Positions 20,805 to 30,900 of a DNA stretch of 64,000 bases are shown here, one piece after another (the stretch's first letter is position 1; each line of letters opens with the position of its first letter). The stretch is taken from the sequence record MH791411.1. One strand, given 5' to 3'. The notes below the pieces were generated by a model, which saw nothing but the letters and a program-made list of their open reading frames with translations, searched no databases and was not told the DNA's origin. Position numbers and translations under genes: made by a program.

Positions 20805-21269
20805 ATGAATGAAGCAGTAGGTGCTATATTTTTATCTAAAAGTACTGGACACATGATGTTAAACTTGAGATCAGAAAGAAGTACGTATTCTAACAACTGG
20901 GCATTTGTTGGTGGGAAGCTTGAGTATAATGAAACTCCGTTACAGGGTCTTATGCGTGAGATTAAAGAAGAGCTAGGTGATTCTATTCCAACGATAATAG
21001 ATATTATACCATTTGATGTATTTTGTACGAAGAATGGTAAATTTAAATATTATTCATTTGTCATTGTAGTTGAAAATGAATTCGTACCTACTTTAAATCA
21101 TGAGAGTTCTGGTTATGCATGGGTTAAGATTGGCTCATGGCCCAAACCATTACATCCTGGTGCAAAAAACACATTACTCAACACAAATTTAATGAAGGAT
21201 TTCTATTCATTGTGGGAAAGTATACGACAAGGTACACAGTTTGTCAACAGCTTACCATATCGATATTAA
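20805..21269 (+). CDS. Nudix hydrolase
   Basis: Nudix box GGKLEYNETPLQGLMREIKEELG. Confidence 0.9.
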   Translation: MNEAVGAIFLSKSTGHMMLNLRSERSTYSNNWAFVGGKLEYNETPLQGLMREIKEELGDSIPTIIDIIPFDVFCTKNGKFKYYSFVIVVENEFVPTLNHESSGYAWVKIGSWPKPLHPGAKNTLLNTNLMKDFYSLWESIRQGTQFVNSLPYRY

Positions 21270-21270
21270 T

Positions 21271-21305
21271 AAAAAAAAGGAGCCAATGGCTCCTTTTTTC
21301 TTTTT
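21271..21305. terminator. Bidirectional terminator
   Basis: AAAAAAGGAGCC-AAT-GGCTCCTTTTTT between convergent genes. Confidence 0.85.
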
Positions 21306-22404
21306 ATACCCCAATTAGTGGGATACCTGTTATATTAAGTAGAACCGATGCTTGAAGCTTAACTGACTCACCTGCCGAAAGGTTGTTTACTATACCATCG
21401 ACGCGGAACCCTAAGTTTTTATTAGAGTTAAGAGAGTTAACCACCCAGTTTTCGTAATCCGCTTTTGTAATACCATTCGGATTTGGGAGAGTTGGGTCAA
21501 CACCATTAATTACCATAGATACATCCCAATTAGGGCGACTACTTGTAATTACATCCTTGATTGATTCTAGTTGTGTTATGCGACGTGGGTCTGGAATCTG
21601 ACTTGCACCAATTGAACCAGGAACAAATGTACCTTGGTTATCAACATAGAACTGACCTTTAATGAAAAATGTTTTTGAATTATACGGAAGAGAAACAATT
21701 TCACCTGATGAATCACTAACTTCACGAATCATAATTTTCAATTCATAAAAATAGTTACTACCAAATTCAAACACACCAGTACCATTTGTAAATGTTGTCC
21801 AGTTATTTGAATCAACCTGTGAAGTACCACCCATATTGAAGTACGCTAATGGCTTAGTACTGTTACTTTGTGTAAATTCAATATATTTCTTACCTGTATC
21901 ATAGTTGATATCAAGTAGTGTGGAGTACTCTTTATTTTCTGGACGAGATGTTTGAATTTCACGCCATTCTTTATTTTTCATTAGGACACGAAGGGAATCA
22001 CCATTACTGGTAAGAACCATACGACCCATAATACTATTTTCACCATCTGGTACTGTGTTGAAAATTGAAATCATTGGGATAGATGCCCAGTCAGCTTCAG
22101 ATGCAGTATCTACTGGCTGACGAGCATTATCAACTAATGCAAGAAGTAGTTCGCCAGTGTTGCCAGTATTTCTGTACCAAATCTGACCATTAACGTTACC
22201 ACGAGGTGCAGTAGCTCCACTGAAGTTCTCAACCAAGTGGAGGAAGTTTTCGTTCCATGCTTGACCGTAACCAACTTTATTTCGACCTGCAAAGTTTAAC
22301 GGTACTGGGTTACTACCAGGTTGGTTTGGTCCTAATATTACGTTATTTGGAATGGTAGCATAAACGCTACCATTACTTCTATAAATTGTATAACTTACAC
22401 TCAT
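21304..22404 (-). CDS. Virion structural protein (fibre/baseplate-associated)
   Basis: N-terminal LNFAGRNKVGYGQAWNENFLHLVENFS...GQIWY motif, recalled as common in T4-like jumbo virion proteins. Confidence 0.6.
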   Translation of the reverse strand: MSVSYTIYRSNGSVYATIPNNVILGPNQPGSNPVPLNFAGRNKVGYGQAWNENFLHLVENFSGATAPRGNVNGQIWYRNTGNTGELLLALVDNARQPVDTASEADWASIPMISIFNTVPDGENSIMGRMVLTSNGDSLRVLMKNKEWREIQTSRPENKEYSTLLDINYDTGKKYIEFTQSNSTKPLAYFNMGGTSQVDSNNWTTFTNGTGVFEFGSNYFYELKIMIREVSDSSGEIVSLPYNSKTFFIKGQFYVDNQGTFVPGSIGASQIPDPRRITQLESIKDVITSSRPNWDVSMVINGVDPTLPNPNGITKADYENWVVNSLNSNKNLGFRVDGIVNNLSAGESVKLQASVLLNITGIPLIGV

Positions 22405-22416
22405 ATCATCACCTTA

Positions 22417-23025
22417 TTATTGTAGTTGGACACGAACTGTGTATTTGATTTGCAAAACACGGTTAGCACTTTTCTCAACTGGGTGAAAAATAATATGGGT
22501 AAGTGGAATACCGCTATCACCATTTGTATATAAACCCAATTCGTCAAATACATATGTCCCATCCATGCTAGTACCAGAGCTAACACCTTGGTCAGATGGC
22601 TCACCTAAACCTAATGTACAAATACAGACGATATCAGTGTAAGCTTGACCTGGAATGTGAACAGTTGTAATGTTGTTATATTGTGAATCAATACCAGCAG
22701 AGATACGTGGGTTGATTTTTTTCAGATAAGTCTGAGAATATAGACCACCGAAAGAAGTAACGCGTGGTTTCTTGTATGTGATACGACCAGTACTCAAAAC
22801 TACTGTTCCACCATTACCAAAACGCATCTCACTAATAGATCCAATAGGAATACCAGTACTATCTTGATTATAAGCCAACGCATTAGCAATAGCAGTACTC
22901 ATATTTTCAGGGTGAATTGCGTTTGATTTATCCAAAACGATTTTTTGGTTAGATGGATCAGTAACGTCAGTAATTAGTACATGACCCTTAACAAATAGTT
23001 TTGGTTGTTCTGTTTCTAATTTCAT
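22417..23025 (-). CDS. Putative baseplate/virion structural protein (202 aa)
   Basis: Clean ORF in a late operon (KGHVLITD...NAIHPEN...MRFGNGG...FDELGL). Confidence 0.55.
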   Translation of the reverse strand: MKLETEQPKLFVKGHVLITDVTDPSNQKIVLDKSNAIHPENMSTAIANALAYNQDSTGIPIGSISEMRFGNGGTVVLSTGRITYKKPRVTSFGGLYSQTYLKKINPRISAGIDSQYNNITTVHIPGQAYTDIVCICTLGLGEPSDQGVSSGTSMDGTYVFDELGLYTNGDSGIPLTHIIFHPVEKSANRVLQIKYTVRVQLQ

Positions 23026-23034
23026 TTCTAATCC

Positions 23035-23532
23035 TTAGTAGTTAATTAAAATTTGTTCTAACTTACCAGCTAAACTTTTTTGTACATCAGATGGATACTT
23101 GCTAATGTAATCACGGTCAATACCAACTTTCAGATAGGTAAAGTTTCCGGTTAAGGTTTCAGCGAATGTACCAGTTGTACCTTGTTCTCTAATAAGGTCA
23201 CCACCATTTGGGTTAAGAATGACATTATCAGTAAATTCAAGATAGAAGTTGCAGCTTTCGGTAAATTTAATTGGGAACCAATCATCGTCAGATGGATTAC
23301 TTGCCAGTGTAGCGAGTACGTAAATTCTACCAATGAAGTTACGTAGGGTAAAGGATATTGTATGTAATCCTGTAGTACTACCATAATAGCCGCCACTAGC
23401 TAATGGTAATGTTTGTTCGTTCCAATGATAATCTAAGTTAGCAGGATACCAGCTATCTGATTCAGGAAATTCTTGCCATGAACCATCTTTAGTTTTTCTT
23501 TTGAAGAGGAAGTCTTTTGATCTTAATGCCAT
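23035..23532 (-). CDS. Hypothetical late protein (165 aa)
   Basis: ORF with RBS; first gene behind the late promoter at 23564-23570. Confidence 0.55.
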   Translation of the reverse strand: MALRSKDFLFKRKTKDGSWQEFPESDSWYPANLDYHWNEQTLPLASGGYYGSTTGLHTISFTLRNFIGRIYVLATLASNPSDDDWFPIKFTESCNFYLEFTDNVILNPNGGDLIREQGTTGTFAETLTGNFTYLKVGIDRDYISKYPSDVQKSLAGKLEQILINY

Positions 23533-23563
23533 TGTTAAGCCCTTTTAGTAGTGAACTTTCATT

Positions 23564-23605
23564 TATTTATTAATGGCAACGAAATGTATTTTGTACTGAT
23601 AAATA
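23564..23605. promoter_or_regulatory. Divergent pair of late promoters
   Basis: ATAAATA on the minus strand (23564-23570) and GATAAATA on the plus strand (23598-23605) between divergent late genes. Confidence 0.6.
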
Positions 23606-23641
23606 TTGGTATATGACATTAACTCATACAAGGGAAATATT

Positions 23642-24769
23642 ATGACAATTTCATTCAACAATGGGTCAGGTGGTTCATGTAATAATTCTGGCATCAAAAG
23701 TTTAGTTATTAACGCTGCTGGACATTTAATTGTAACCTATTCCGACAATACAATCCAAGACCTAGGTCTAGTGGTTGGACAAAATGGTGCTAACGGTAGA
23801 AACTTTTATCCAAATGAGATAGGTTTTGAAGTTCCTAATGAACTCTTCCGTGTTGGTGAAGAACTAGGGTGGTGTTATCTTAGTCTTGCAAATGGCACTA
23901 GTACTTTATATTTCAAATCAAACGATGCACAAGAAGCAATTAGTACTTGGAACCGTGTAGAGTTTGGTAAAGGCGATACTGGTGAAACTGGTAAACCATT
24001 CCACATTGACAGTTCTGGTACGGTGTTTCCAACAACTGGTCTTTTCAATAATTACACATTCTATAATACTGAAGATGGTAAATTATATTTCTATCAAAGC
24101 GTAACTGCAACATGGAGTGATGGTATTCCTTTCCGTGGTGAACAAGGTCTACGTGGTCGTTTCCATATTGATAGTACTGGTAGTCAATTCCCAAGCATTG
24201 ATAATCTACCACAAGATTATTGCTTCTATAACACGACAGATGGTAATTTGTATTATGTCGATATCGTAACTACATCATCAACCCCAACTAAAGAGTGGAG
24301 TGCTGGTATCTTATTCCGTGGAAAAGACGGTGAAGAAGGTAAGCAAGGTGAACAAGGTATTCAGGGTGAACCAGGTAAAGATACAGTTGTTATCATCAAC
24401 ACTATTGATCATTCATGGACTAACGCATTGTTAGTTATTGGTACATGCCCTGCTGGATACCTAGTAACTAATATCGAAGTTGATATTAACCAAGCATATG
24501 ATGAACCAGTAAATGAAATGTTTGTACGTTTCGGTGGTGAAGCACAAGAAGATATTGGTGGTACTGTAATTGCACCTGTTGATTATTTCGATATCAACCG
24601 CAAAATGCGTTACATTGTTAACGAAACCAACCACGAAGTATCAAGTAAAGATGAAATCATTTCTTGTGTATTCAATGATTCCGTAAACAACAGTTCATTT
24701 GGTGAAATGAAGATCGTTTGTACTTTATCATGGCAAGCACCTATTCAGCCTATTCAAGATAACATTTAA
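23642..24769 (+). CDS. Collagen-like (Gly-X-Y) fibre protein with repeated modules
   Basis: GKDGEEGKQGEQGIQGEPGKD plus repeated G-x-x-G-x-x-G-x-x-F-H-IDS-x-G-x-x-FP units; start at ATG 23642 (AAGGGA RBS). Confidence 0.6.
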   Translation: MTISFNNGSGGSCNNSGIKSLVINAAGHLIVTYSDNTIQDLGLVVGQNGANGRNFYPNEIGFEVPNELFRVGEELGWCYLSLANGTSTLYFKSNDAQEAISTWNRVEFGKGDTGETGKPFHIDSSGTVFPTTGLFNNYTFYNTEDGKLYFYQSVTATWSDGIPFRGEQGLRGRFHIDSTGSQFPSIDNLPQDYCFYNTTDGNLYYVDIVTTSSTPTKEWSAGILFRGKDGEEGKQGEQGIQGEPGKDTVVIINTIDHSWTNALLVIGTCPAGYLVTNIEVDINQAYDEPVNEMFVRFGGEAQEDIGGTVIAPVDYFDINRKMRYIVNETNHEVSSKDEIISCVFNDSVNNSSFGEMKIVCTLSWQAPIQPIQDNI

Positions 24770-24783
24770 AAGAGGGTTGATAA

Positions 24784-26925
24784 ATGGCAGTTTTTTCCAA
24801 TTTAGAAGGGACCATGATGCCAACATTCAAGTTGGGTAAACGTGGTGCTTCTATTAATTTTGTAAACGATTCTGTCGCAATCAAAGACTTTTTAGGCGAA
24901 ACGTTCCTACCTGTTAAGGTGGGAACTCCTAATGACGATGATTCCGCAGTAAACGTTAGGTATCTTGAAGATAACCCAAATGCTTTATTTGGCGTACTTC
25001 CACCAACAAATGACATTGGTAAAAATAACAACACTTATTTTCAAGTTGATTCTGAGGGTATTGTTGATATCTTTGCAAAAACAAATGATGTTTGGGTAAA
25101 ATCATTATACATTAATAAAAATGTCCTTTCCAGTGTTAACGGTGCTGATTATATCGGACTTATTACTGGAGGAACACTTCAACAGGCACAGTTTTACATA
25201 ACTCCAGAAGAGTTTGGTGCAAAAGGTGATGGCATCACTGATGACACGGCGGCGGTTAACGCATGTGCAGTTTATGCTAAAGAACACAAAATCCAAATTC
25301 AAGCTGGTGGTAATTATCGTATCAGAACTGCTGTTTATTTGAATGATATTCAATGGTTTGGTGGTACAATCACTGGTAACGGTGGCACAATGGTATCGGT
25401 ACTGAATAGTACAATCCAACAAGCAACATTAACAGGATGTTATTTAAAATTCTTTGGTGGTAATGGTAAATTTTATTTTAATAAATTTATTAATATTACA
25501 AGTACTGCTGCATTTCTAATGCAAGGTATGACTGAATCAGGTACTATCGACTTCTGCTTTAATGAAATGACACAATGTAAGTACGGTGTTCTTCAGCAAG
25601 GCACTGGTGAGAAAATGACCGTTGGGCGTTATTCATACAACCACATCCATGATATATATGGTGATGCAATTGAATTGAACGTAGTCAACTCACATTACCC
25701 AGACGGATTTGTAATAGAAGGTAACTTGATTGAAAACGTAGATGGTACAAATGCACCAATTCCTCTTTCAAACTGGGGTATTGGTATCGGTGTTGCAGGT
25801 TCTGGTCCTTATGATGTGAATGCTGATGATTCACAATATGTAAAAAAATTCGTTATAAAAAATAACCGCTTGTACAATGTCCGTCAATGTATTCACGTTG
25901 AGTTGGGTAAAGACTTTAAAATTCTCAATAATGAAGTTTATCCATCAACGTTGGTATCAATTGGTACTGGTTTGACAACCGCTGGTGTAATTACTTATGG
26001 TTCTGTTGATTTTATTATTGATGGCCTATCTGGGCATCTATTAAATGATCCATCAGTAACTAACCGTATGGTTTCTATTAACTGGGGCGTAACATCTGGT
26101 AAATTTGCTGGTCCTCCACGAAACTTTAAATTATGTAATCTCCACATTCCTGAGTCGTCTATTATTGTGTATACTTCAGGCTCTGATAATTGGCTAAATA
26201 CTACTGAACTTTCTAATATTACATGTAGTAGAATTCAATGGCGTGGATTGCCGTCATCTTCCAAGTTTAATAATATCAGTACTAAAGAACTTGATGTTAT
26301 TGGACAACACCTTGCAACTGAAGGTGAAGGAGGGGGCTTATATACTCGCTCTAAATATACATATACCAACTGGACTAATTGTGTTGTTCAAGATGATTGT
26401 AACATATCAAAATATAGTTTCTCAAGAATGTATGTTGACCGTATTGACCAATCATCTAATAACTTTAAAGTAACCACTGCAATTGATGGAACGGGTCATC
26501 GTGGACCTGTAGTAATACCTGTAGTTGAACAGTATTACGTGCCTTATGATGTTTTTCCTGGTGGGAGATATTTCCCAGCAGGAACAATTATCCATAAACA
26601 ATCAGGTGGAAAATTTATTGTTACAGTAGGTGGTTCTTTCTTTGGTCGATATGACACAATTAGACAAACAGTTGCAGGACAAACTTATATCGAAGCATTG
26701 GGTGTATCATGGGGTGATAATCAATATGCTAAAGCTGCTGGAACCGAAATCCTAATCACAGGAGCAGGGGAAAATGGCGAAGATTTAAAAACATATATCA
26801 CTAGAGCAGTTTATGTTGTTAATAATGCGTATCGTATCGATATTGCCGATCCGATTGTTACTGCTACCGCAGCAGGGGCATTATTGAAAGCTGCTCAACC
26901 AATAACATATATCACCCTATCTTAA
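24784..26925 (+). CDS. WcaM-like beta-helical tailspike, putative colanic-acid depolymerase
   Basis: GDAIELNV, NWGIGIGVAGS, RQCIHVELGKDF and PRNFKLCNL match the corresponding motifs of enterobacterial WcaM (GDAIEWNV, NWGIGIGLAG, RQLIHVENGKHF); phage-type N-terminal anchor and PEEFGAKGDGITDDT motif. Confidence 0.85.
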   Translation: MAVFSNLEGTMMPTFKLGKRGASINFVNDSVAIKDFLGETFLPVKVGTPNDDDSAVNVRYLEDNPNALFGVLPPTNDIGKNNNTYFQVDSEGIVDIFAKTNDVWVKSLYINKNVLSSVNGADYIGLITGGTLQQAQFYITPEEFGAKGDGITDDTAAVNACAVYAKEHKIQIQAGGNYRIRTAVYLNDIQWFGGTITGNGGTMVSVLNSTIQQATLTGCYLKFFGGNGKFYFNKFINITSTAAFLMQGMTESGTIDFCFNEMTQCKYGVLQQGTGEKMTVGRYSYNHIHDIYGDAIELNVVNSHYPDGFVIEGNLIENVDGTNAPIPLSNWGIGIGVAGSGPYDVNADDSQYVKKFVIKNNRLYNVRQCIHVELGKDFKILNNEVYPSTLVSIGTGLTTAGVITYGSVDFIIDGLSGHLLNDPSVTNRMVSINWGVTSGKFAGPPRNFKLCNLHIPESSIIVYTSGSDNWLNTTELSNITCSRIQWRGLPSSSKFNNISTKELDVIGQHLATEGEGGGLYTRSKYTYTNWTNCVVQDDCNISKYSFSRMYVDRIDQSSNNFKVTTAIDGTGHRGPVVIPVVEQYYVPYDVFPGGRYFPAGTIIHKQSGGKFIVTVGGSFFGRYDTIRQTVAGQTYIEALGVSWGDNQYAKAAGTEILITGAGENGEDLKTYITRAVYVVNNAYRIDIADPIVTATAAGALLKAAQPITYITLS

Positions 26926-26939
26926 AGGAGATTATAAAA

Positions 26940-27839
26940 ATGGCAGTTTTTTCTAATTTAGAAGGAACCATGAAGAAGACCTTCATACTTGGTAAAAATG
27001 GTGCACAAATTGCCACTAATGGTAATGTTGTTCAAATCCAGAACTACACGGGTACACAACTTCTTCCTGTTTCAGCAGGTGACCCAACCGCAAATACACA
27101 CTTGGTTACATTGGGTTATTTGAATACACATAGCGGTGGTGGTGGTGGTTCCGGTATTTTACGTGGAACTATTGCACCATCTGAATCAATCGGTGTAGAT
27201 GGTGACGCTTACTTCTTAGTTGACAGTACTAATATTATTCAGATCTATATTAAAGACCTTGGTGTTTGGAAGCCTCTCCAAAGCACAACTCCAGGTACTG
27301 ATAGTTCTTACGTTACTACTGAAATCGTTCCTGTATCGGCATTTACATTAGTTCCTGGAACAACAGATCAATATACTTATTCTTTGCCTGAATCAGTACA
27401 TGGTCGTGGTCCAGATATTATGGTTCAGCTACAGGGTGATCCTGGTAACATCCCACTTGACACTGTATTCCAAACTAACGTCACTGTGAGTGGTATTGGT
27501 GACATTACGATTGATGTTATTGGTCAAATCACTGAATACACAAGTGTCAAAGTCAACATCATAGGAGCAACAACAATGACAGTACCTTATAGTAAATTAA
27601 TTAATATAGCAGATTGGGTAGCATCTGGTGATGATTACACCATTACTGTTCCAGCGTCAGAACATAACCAAACACCTGACAATTTGTATATTTCTATATA
27701 TTCAAATAAAACACCAGGCAGTACAGCAGCATCACCATTTGAACTGGTAATAACCGAAACTCAAATTGATGCAAGTGGTAATGTTACATTCACTTCTGAC
27801 GAAGCGTTTAGTGGTAAAATAGTAATTTCCGGTAAATAA
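26940..27839 (+). CDS. Tail fibre/adaptor protein sharing the N-terminal anchor of the tailspike
   Basis: Starts MAVFSNLEGTM..TF.LGK.GA, as does the upstream gene; contains two similar C-terminal beta modules. Confidence 0.6.
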   Translation: MAVFSNLEGTMKKTFILGKNGAQIATNGNVVQIQNYTGTQLLPVSAGDPTANTHLVTLGYLNTHSGGGGGSGILRGTIAPSESIGVDGDAYFLVDSTNIIQIYIKDLGVWKPLQSTTPGTDSSYVTTEIVPVSAFTLVPGTTDQYTYSLPESVHGRGPDIMVQLQGDPGNIPLDTVFQTNVTVSGIGDITIDVIGQITEYTSVKVNIIGATTMTVPYSKLINIADWVASGDDYTITVPASEHNQTPDNLYISIYSNKTPGSTAASPFELVITETQIDASGNVTFTSDEAFSGKIVISGK

Positions 27840-27840
27840 A

Positions 27841-27881
27841 AAAAATAGTCCAGACTATGATTCATCTAGTCTGGATTTTTT
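27841..27881 (+). terminator. Rho-independent terminator
   Basis: TCCAGACTA...TAGTCTGGA followed by TTTTTT. Confidence 0.7.
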
Positions 27882-27890
27882 ATATCAATA

Positions 27891-27913
27891 ACTAAATATA
27901 TGTATATTAACAA
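27891..27913 (+). promoter_or_regulatory. Late promoter element ACTAAATATAWGTATATTAACAA (copy 1)
   Basis: Nearly identical element precedes both giant fibre genes. Confidence 0.65.
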
Positions 27914-27957
27914 GGTCAAATGTATTTTATGCTTTTTGCCTATTTGGAGGGAACTAA

Positions 27958-30900
27958 ATGTACTCGATTAAAACAGATCTCGATATAACTGGTGGTGCAA
28001 CGGTTGCTAAAGATCTTCTTGTGAAAGGCGATGCAGTATTCAATAAAAATCTAACAGTTAATGGAACTGTAACTTTTGCTGACGCTGTATTCACTGCAAT
28101 TGAAGCAGAAACTGTAGACATTTCATCTACACTAGATGTTGCTGGTAAAGCATCATTGAATGGTGGAATTGAAGTTCATGGTAATTCCGTAATTGGTAAT
28201 TTGCCTGTTGGTTCTGATACTGCAACGATTAATTCTAATGCACAATTCCAAAGCCCAGTATCAATGGCAGGTAATCTAACACAAACCGCTGGCACTGCTG
28301 TACTAAAAGATACCCAAGTGGCATCAATGGATGTTCTTGGGACTTCTTCATTTAAAGGTAATATTACTGCTGAAACTGGCACTACCGCAGCATTTGACAA
28401 AATAACTGCAACTGATGCAACATTCACAAACACTGCAACTACTGATATCACATCAACTGGAACTGCAAACTTTAAAGATGTGAATATTTCCGGTACACTA
28501 GGTGGAACATTTAGTCTATCTGATGTTAATGCAACAACTCTAACTGTTTCTGGTTTAACCAGTCTACAAGGTGGTGTTACATTAGGTTCCAACATTACTG
28601 GTGTGAATAGTAGTGCAAACTTCCGTGATATTAAAATTGGTTCCAATGCTGCAAACACTAACTACCGTTTGAGCTTTAACTATTCTGCTCCAAGTCTTCG
28701 TCCAACTGTAATTCTACAGAACGAAATCCAATCAGAATTGATGTCTCCAGCTACCCTAAGTGTATTGAAAACTGCATCTTTTGGTGATTCGTCACTATCC
28801 ACTTTTGGTATTACTGGTAATGGTCTAAACAAACTAGATTACCTAACAGTATCTGGTAACTCTGTTCAAGATCCAACAACTCCACTATTACAAGTAACTT
28901 CAGGTAAAACTAAAGTTCATGATTTCGAAGTAACAGGAACTGCAACTATTCCTAACATTGAAAGTACTGGTACTGCTAATTTTAATAACATCAACGTATC
29001 TGGTACACTCGGTGGTACTTTCAGTCTTGATGATATTGAAGCAAACACACTAACTGTATCCGGTTTAACTAGCCTTGTTGGTGGTGTAACTTTAGGTGCT
29101 GATATTTCCGGTGCTAATAGTACTGCTAATTTTAAAGCAGTAAGTTTAGGACAAAACGCCGCCGATGCTAACGTTAAGTATGGTTTTGCTTATTCTGCCC
29201 CTGGTGCTCGCCCAACTGTAATTCTACAAAATGAAATTCAGTCTGAGCTAGTATCTCCAGCAGTACTTAATGTACAAAAAACTGCAACCTTTGGTGATGC
29301 ATCTCTTGCAACCTATGGTATCACAGGTAACGGTCTAAACAAACTAGATTATCTATCTATTACTGGTAATGGTACACAAAGTCCAGCTACCCCACAACTA
29401 CAAGTTGCTGGTAAATCAGTACTAAATGATGTTGAATTCACTGGTACTGTAACTGGTCTAACTGTTGATGTGAGTGGACAAGATCTAACTCCTAAATCAG
29501 TAGATGCTGCTGAAGCAATCAAAGGTCAAACCCTTGAATCAGTTGGTCAAACCACAGTAGGAACTAACCTACAAGTTGGTGGAACTGCTAATGTTGTTGG
29601 TGCACTAACTGGTACTGCTGCTACCTTCACTGGTGATGTAAGTGCTGCTAAAGGTACTTTCAGTGGTGATGTTAGCGTTACTGGTCAAACTGTAACTGTA
29701 CGTGATTTAGTAGTAACTGGTACAACTACTGGTGTAACTGCCCAAGCTGATGTTGATGGTCTTGATATCGCCCCAAATAAAGTTGATGTTACAACAACAC
29801 TATCTGTTGCTGGGGACACTACTTTAGCTGGCCTAACTGCTAGTTCAGTAACCAGTACTGGTGATGTTACTGGTGCGTCTGTATCTGGTAATACAGTAAC
29901 TGCGGCTGGGGCACTATCTGGTGGTTCTCTTGCAGTAACTGGTGCTGGTTCTATGGCTTCACTAACTGTTCCAAGTATTACTGGTGACACTACTTTTGCT
30001 AATAACGTAACTATTACTGGAACACTAACTCCGAGTAGTATAGATTTAAGCACTACTGATGTAAGTGCTGCTTCTTTAACAACTACTGGTAACGTAACTG
30101 TTGGTGGTTCTCTTGCAGTAACTGGTGCTATTGATTTGTCTGCTGCTGATGTAGTAACAAAATCAGTTAGTGCAACTAACCCAAGTACATTTGGTGTAAT
30201 TAATGCATCTTCTGTTGCCGCAACTGGTGACGTTTCAGGTGGCACACTAACTACTACTGGTGCAGCGAAAGTAGGAACACTAACTAGTACTGGTGTAGTA
30301 TCTGGTTCGCGTTTGTCTTCTGGTACTGCAACAATCACAACTTCTGTAACAGTTCCAACTTTACAAGCTGAAGCTGCTGGTGCTGGTACACTAAATCTAG
30401 CAAGTAATGTTGTCGCGGCAAAAGATCTAACTGTCACTGGTGTATTCAAACCTGAAGGTGGTCTTGATCTAACAACTGTTGATATTACTGCAAACTCACT
30501 AACTACTACTGCTGATGTTAATGTTGGTGGAAACTTAGTAGTTGATGGTACTTTTGACCTAAGTGCTGCTGATGTGTCTGTGAAATCTCTTGCAAGTGCA
30601 GAGACAATTACAAGTGCTGGTGTTATTACCGTTACCGATTCAACCAATACTAGTTCGTTACCTAAAATTACTTCAACTGATGCAACACTCTTTACAGTAA
30701 ATGCAGGTACTATTAATGCAACTGGTAACAGTGTACTACAAAGTGTATCAGCTACTCAAGTAACTGCTAATAGTGCTGAATTTTCTGGTGGTGGCCTTGG
30801 TCTTCAAGTTGATAATGATGCAAACGTTGGTGGTGCATTATCTGTTGGTGGCATTGCAACTGTTGGTTCTTTAACAACAACTGCTGCTTCTCTTAATATT

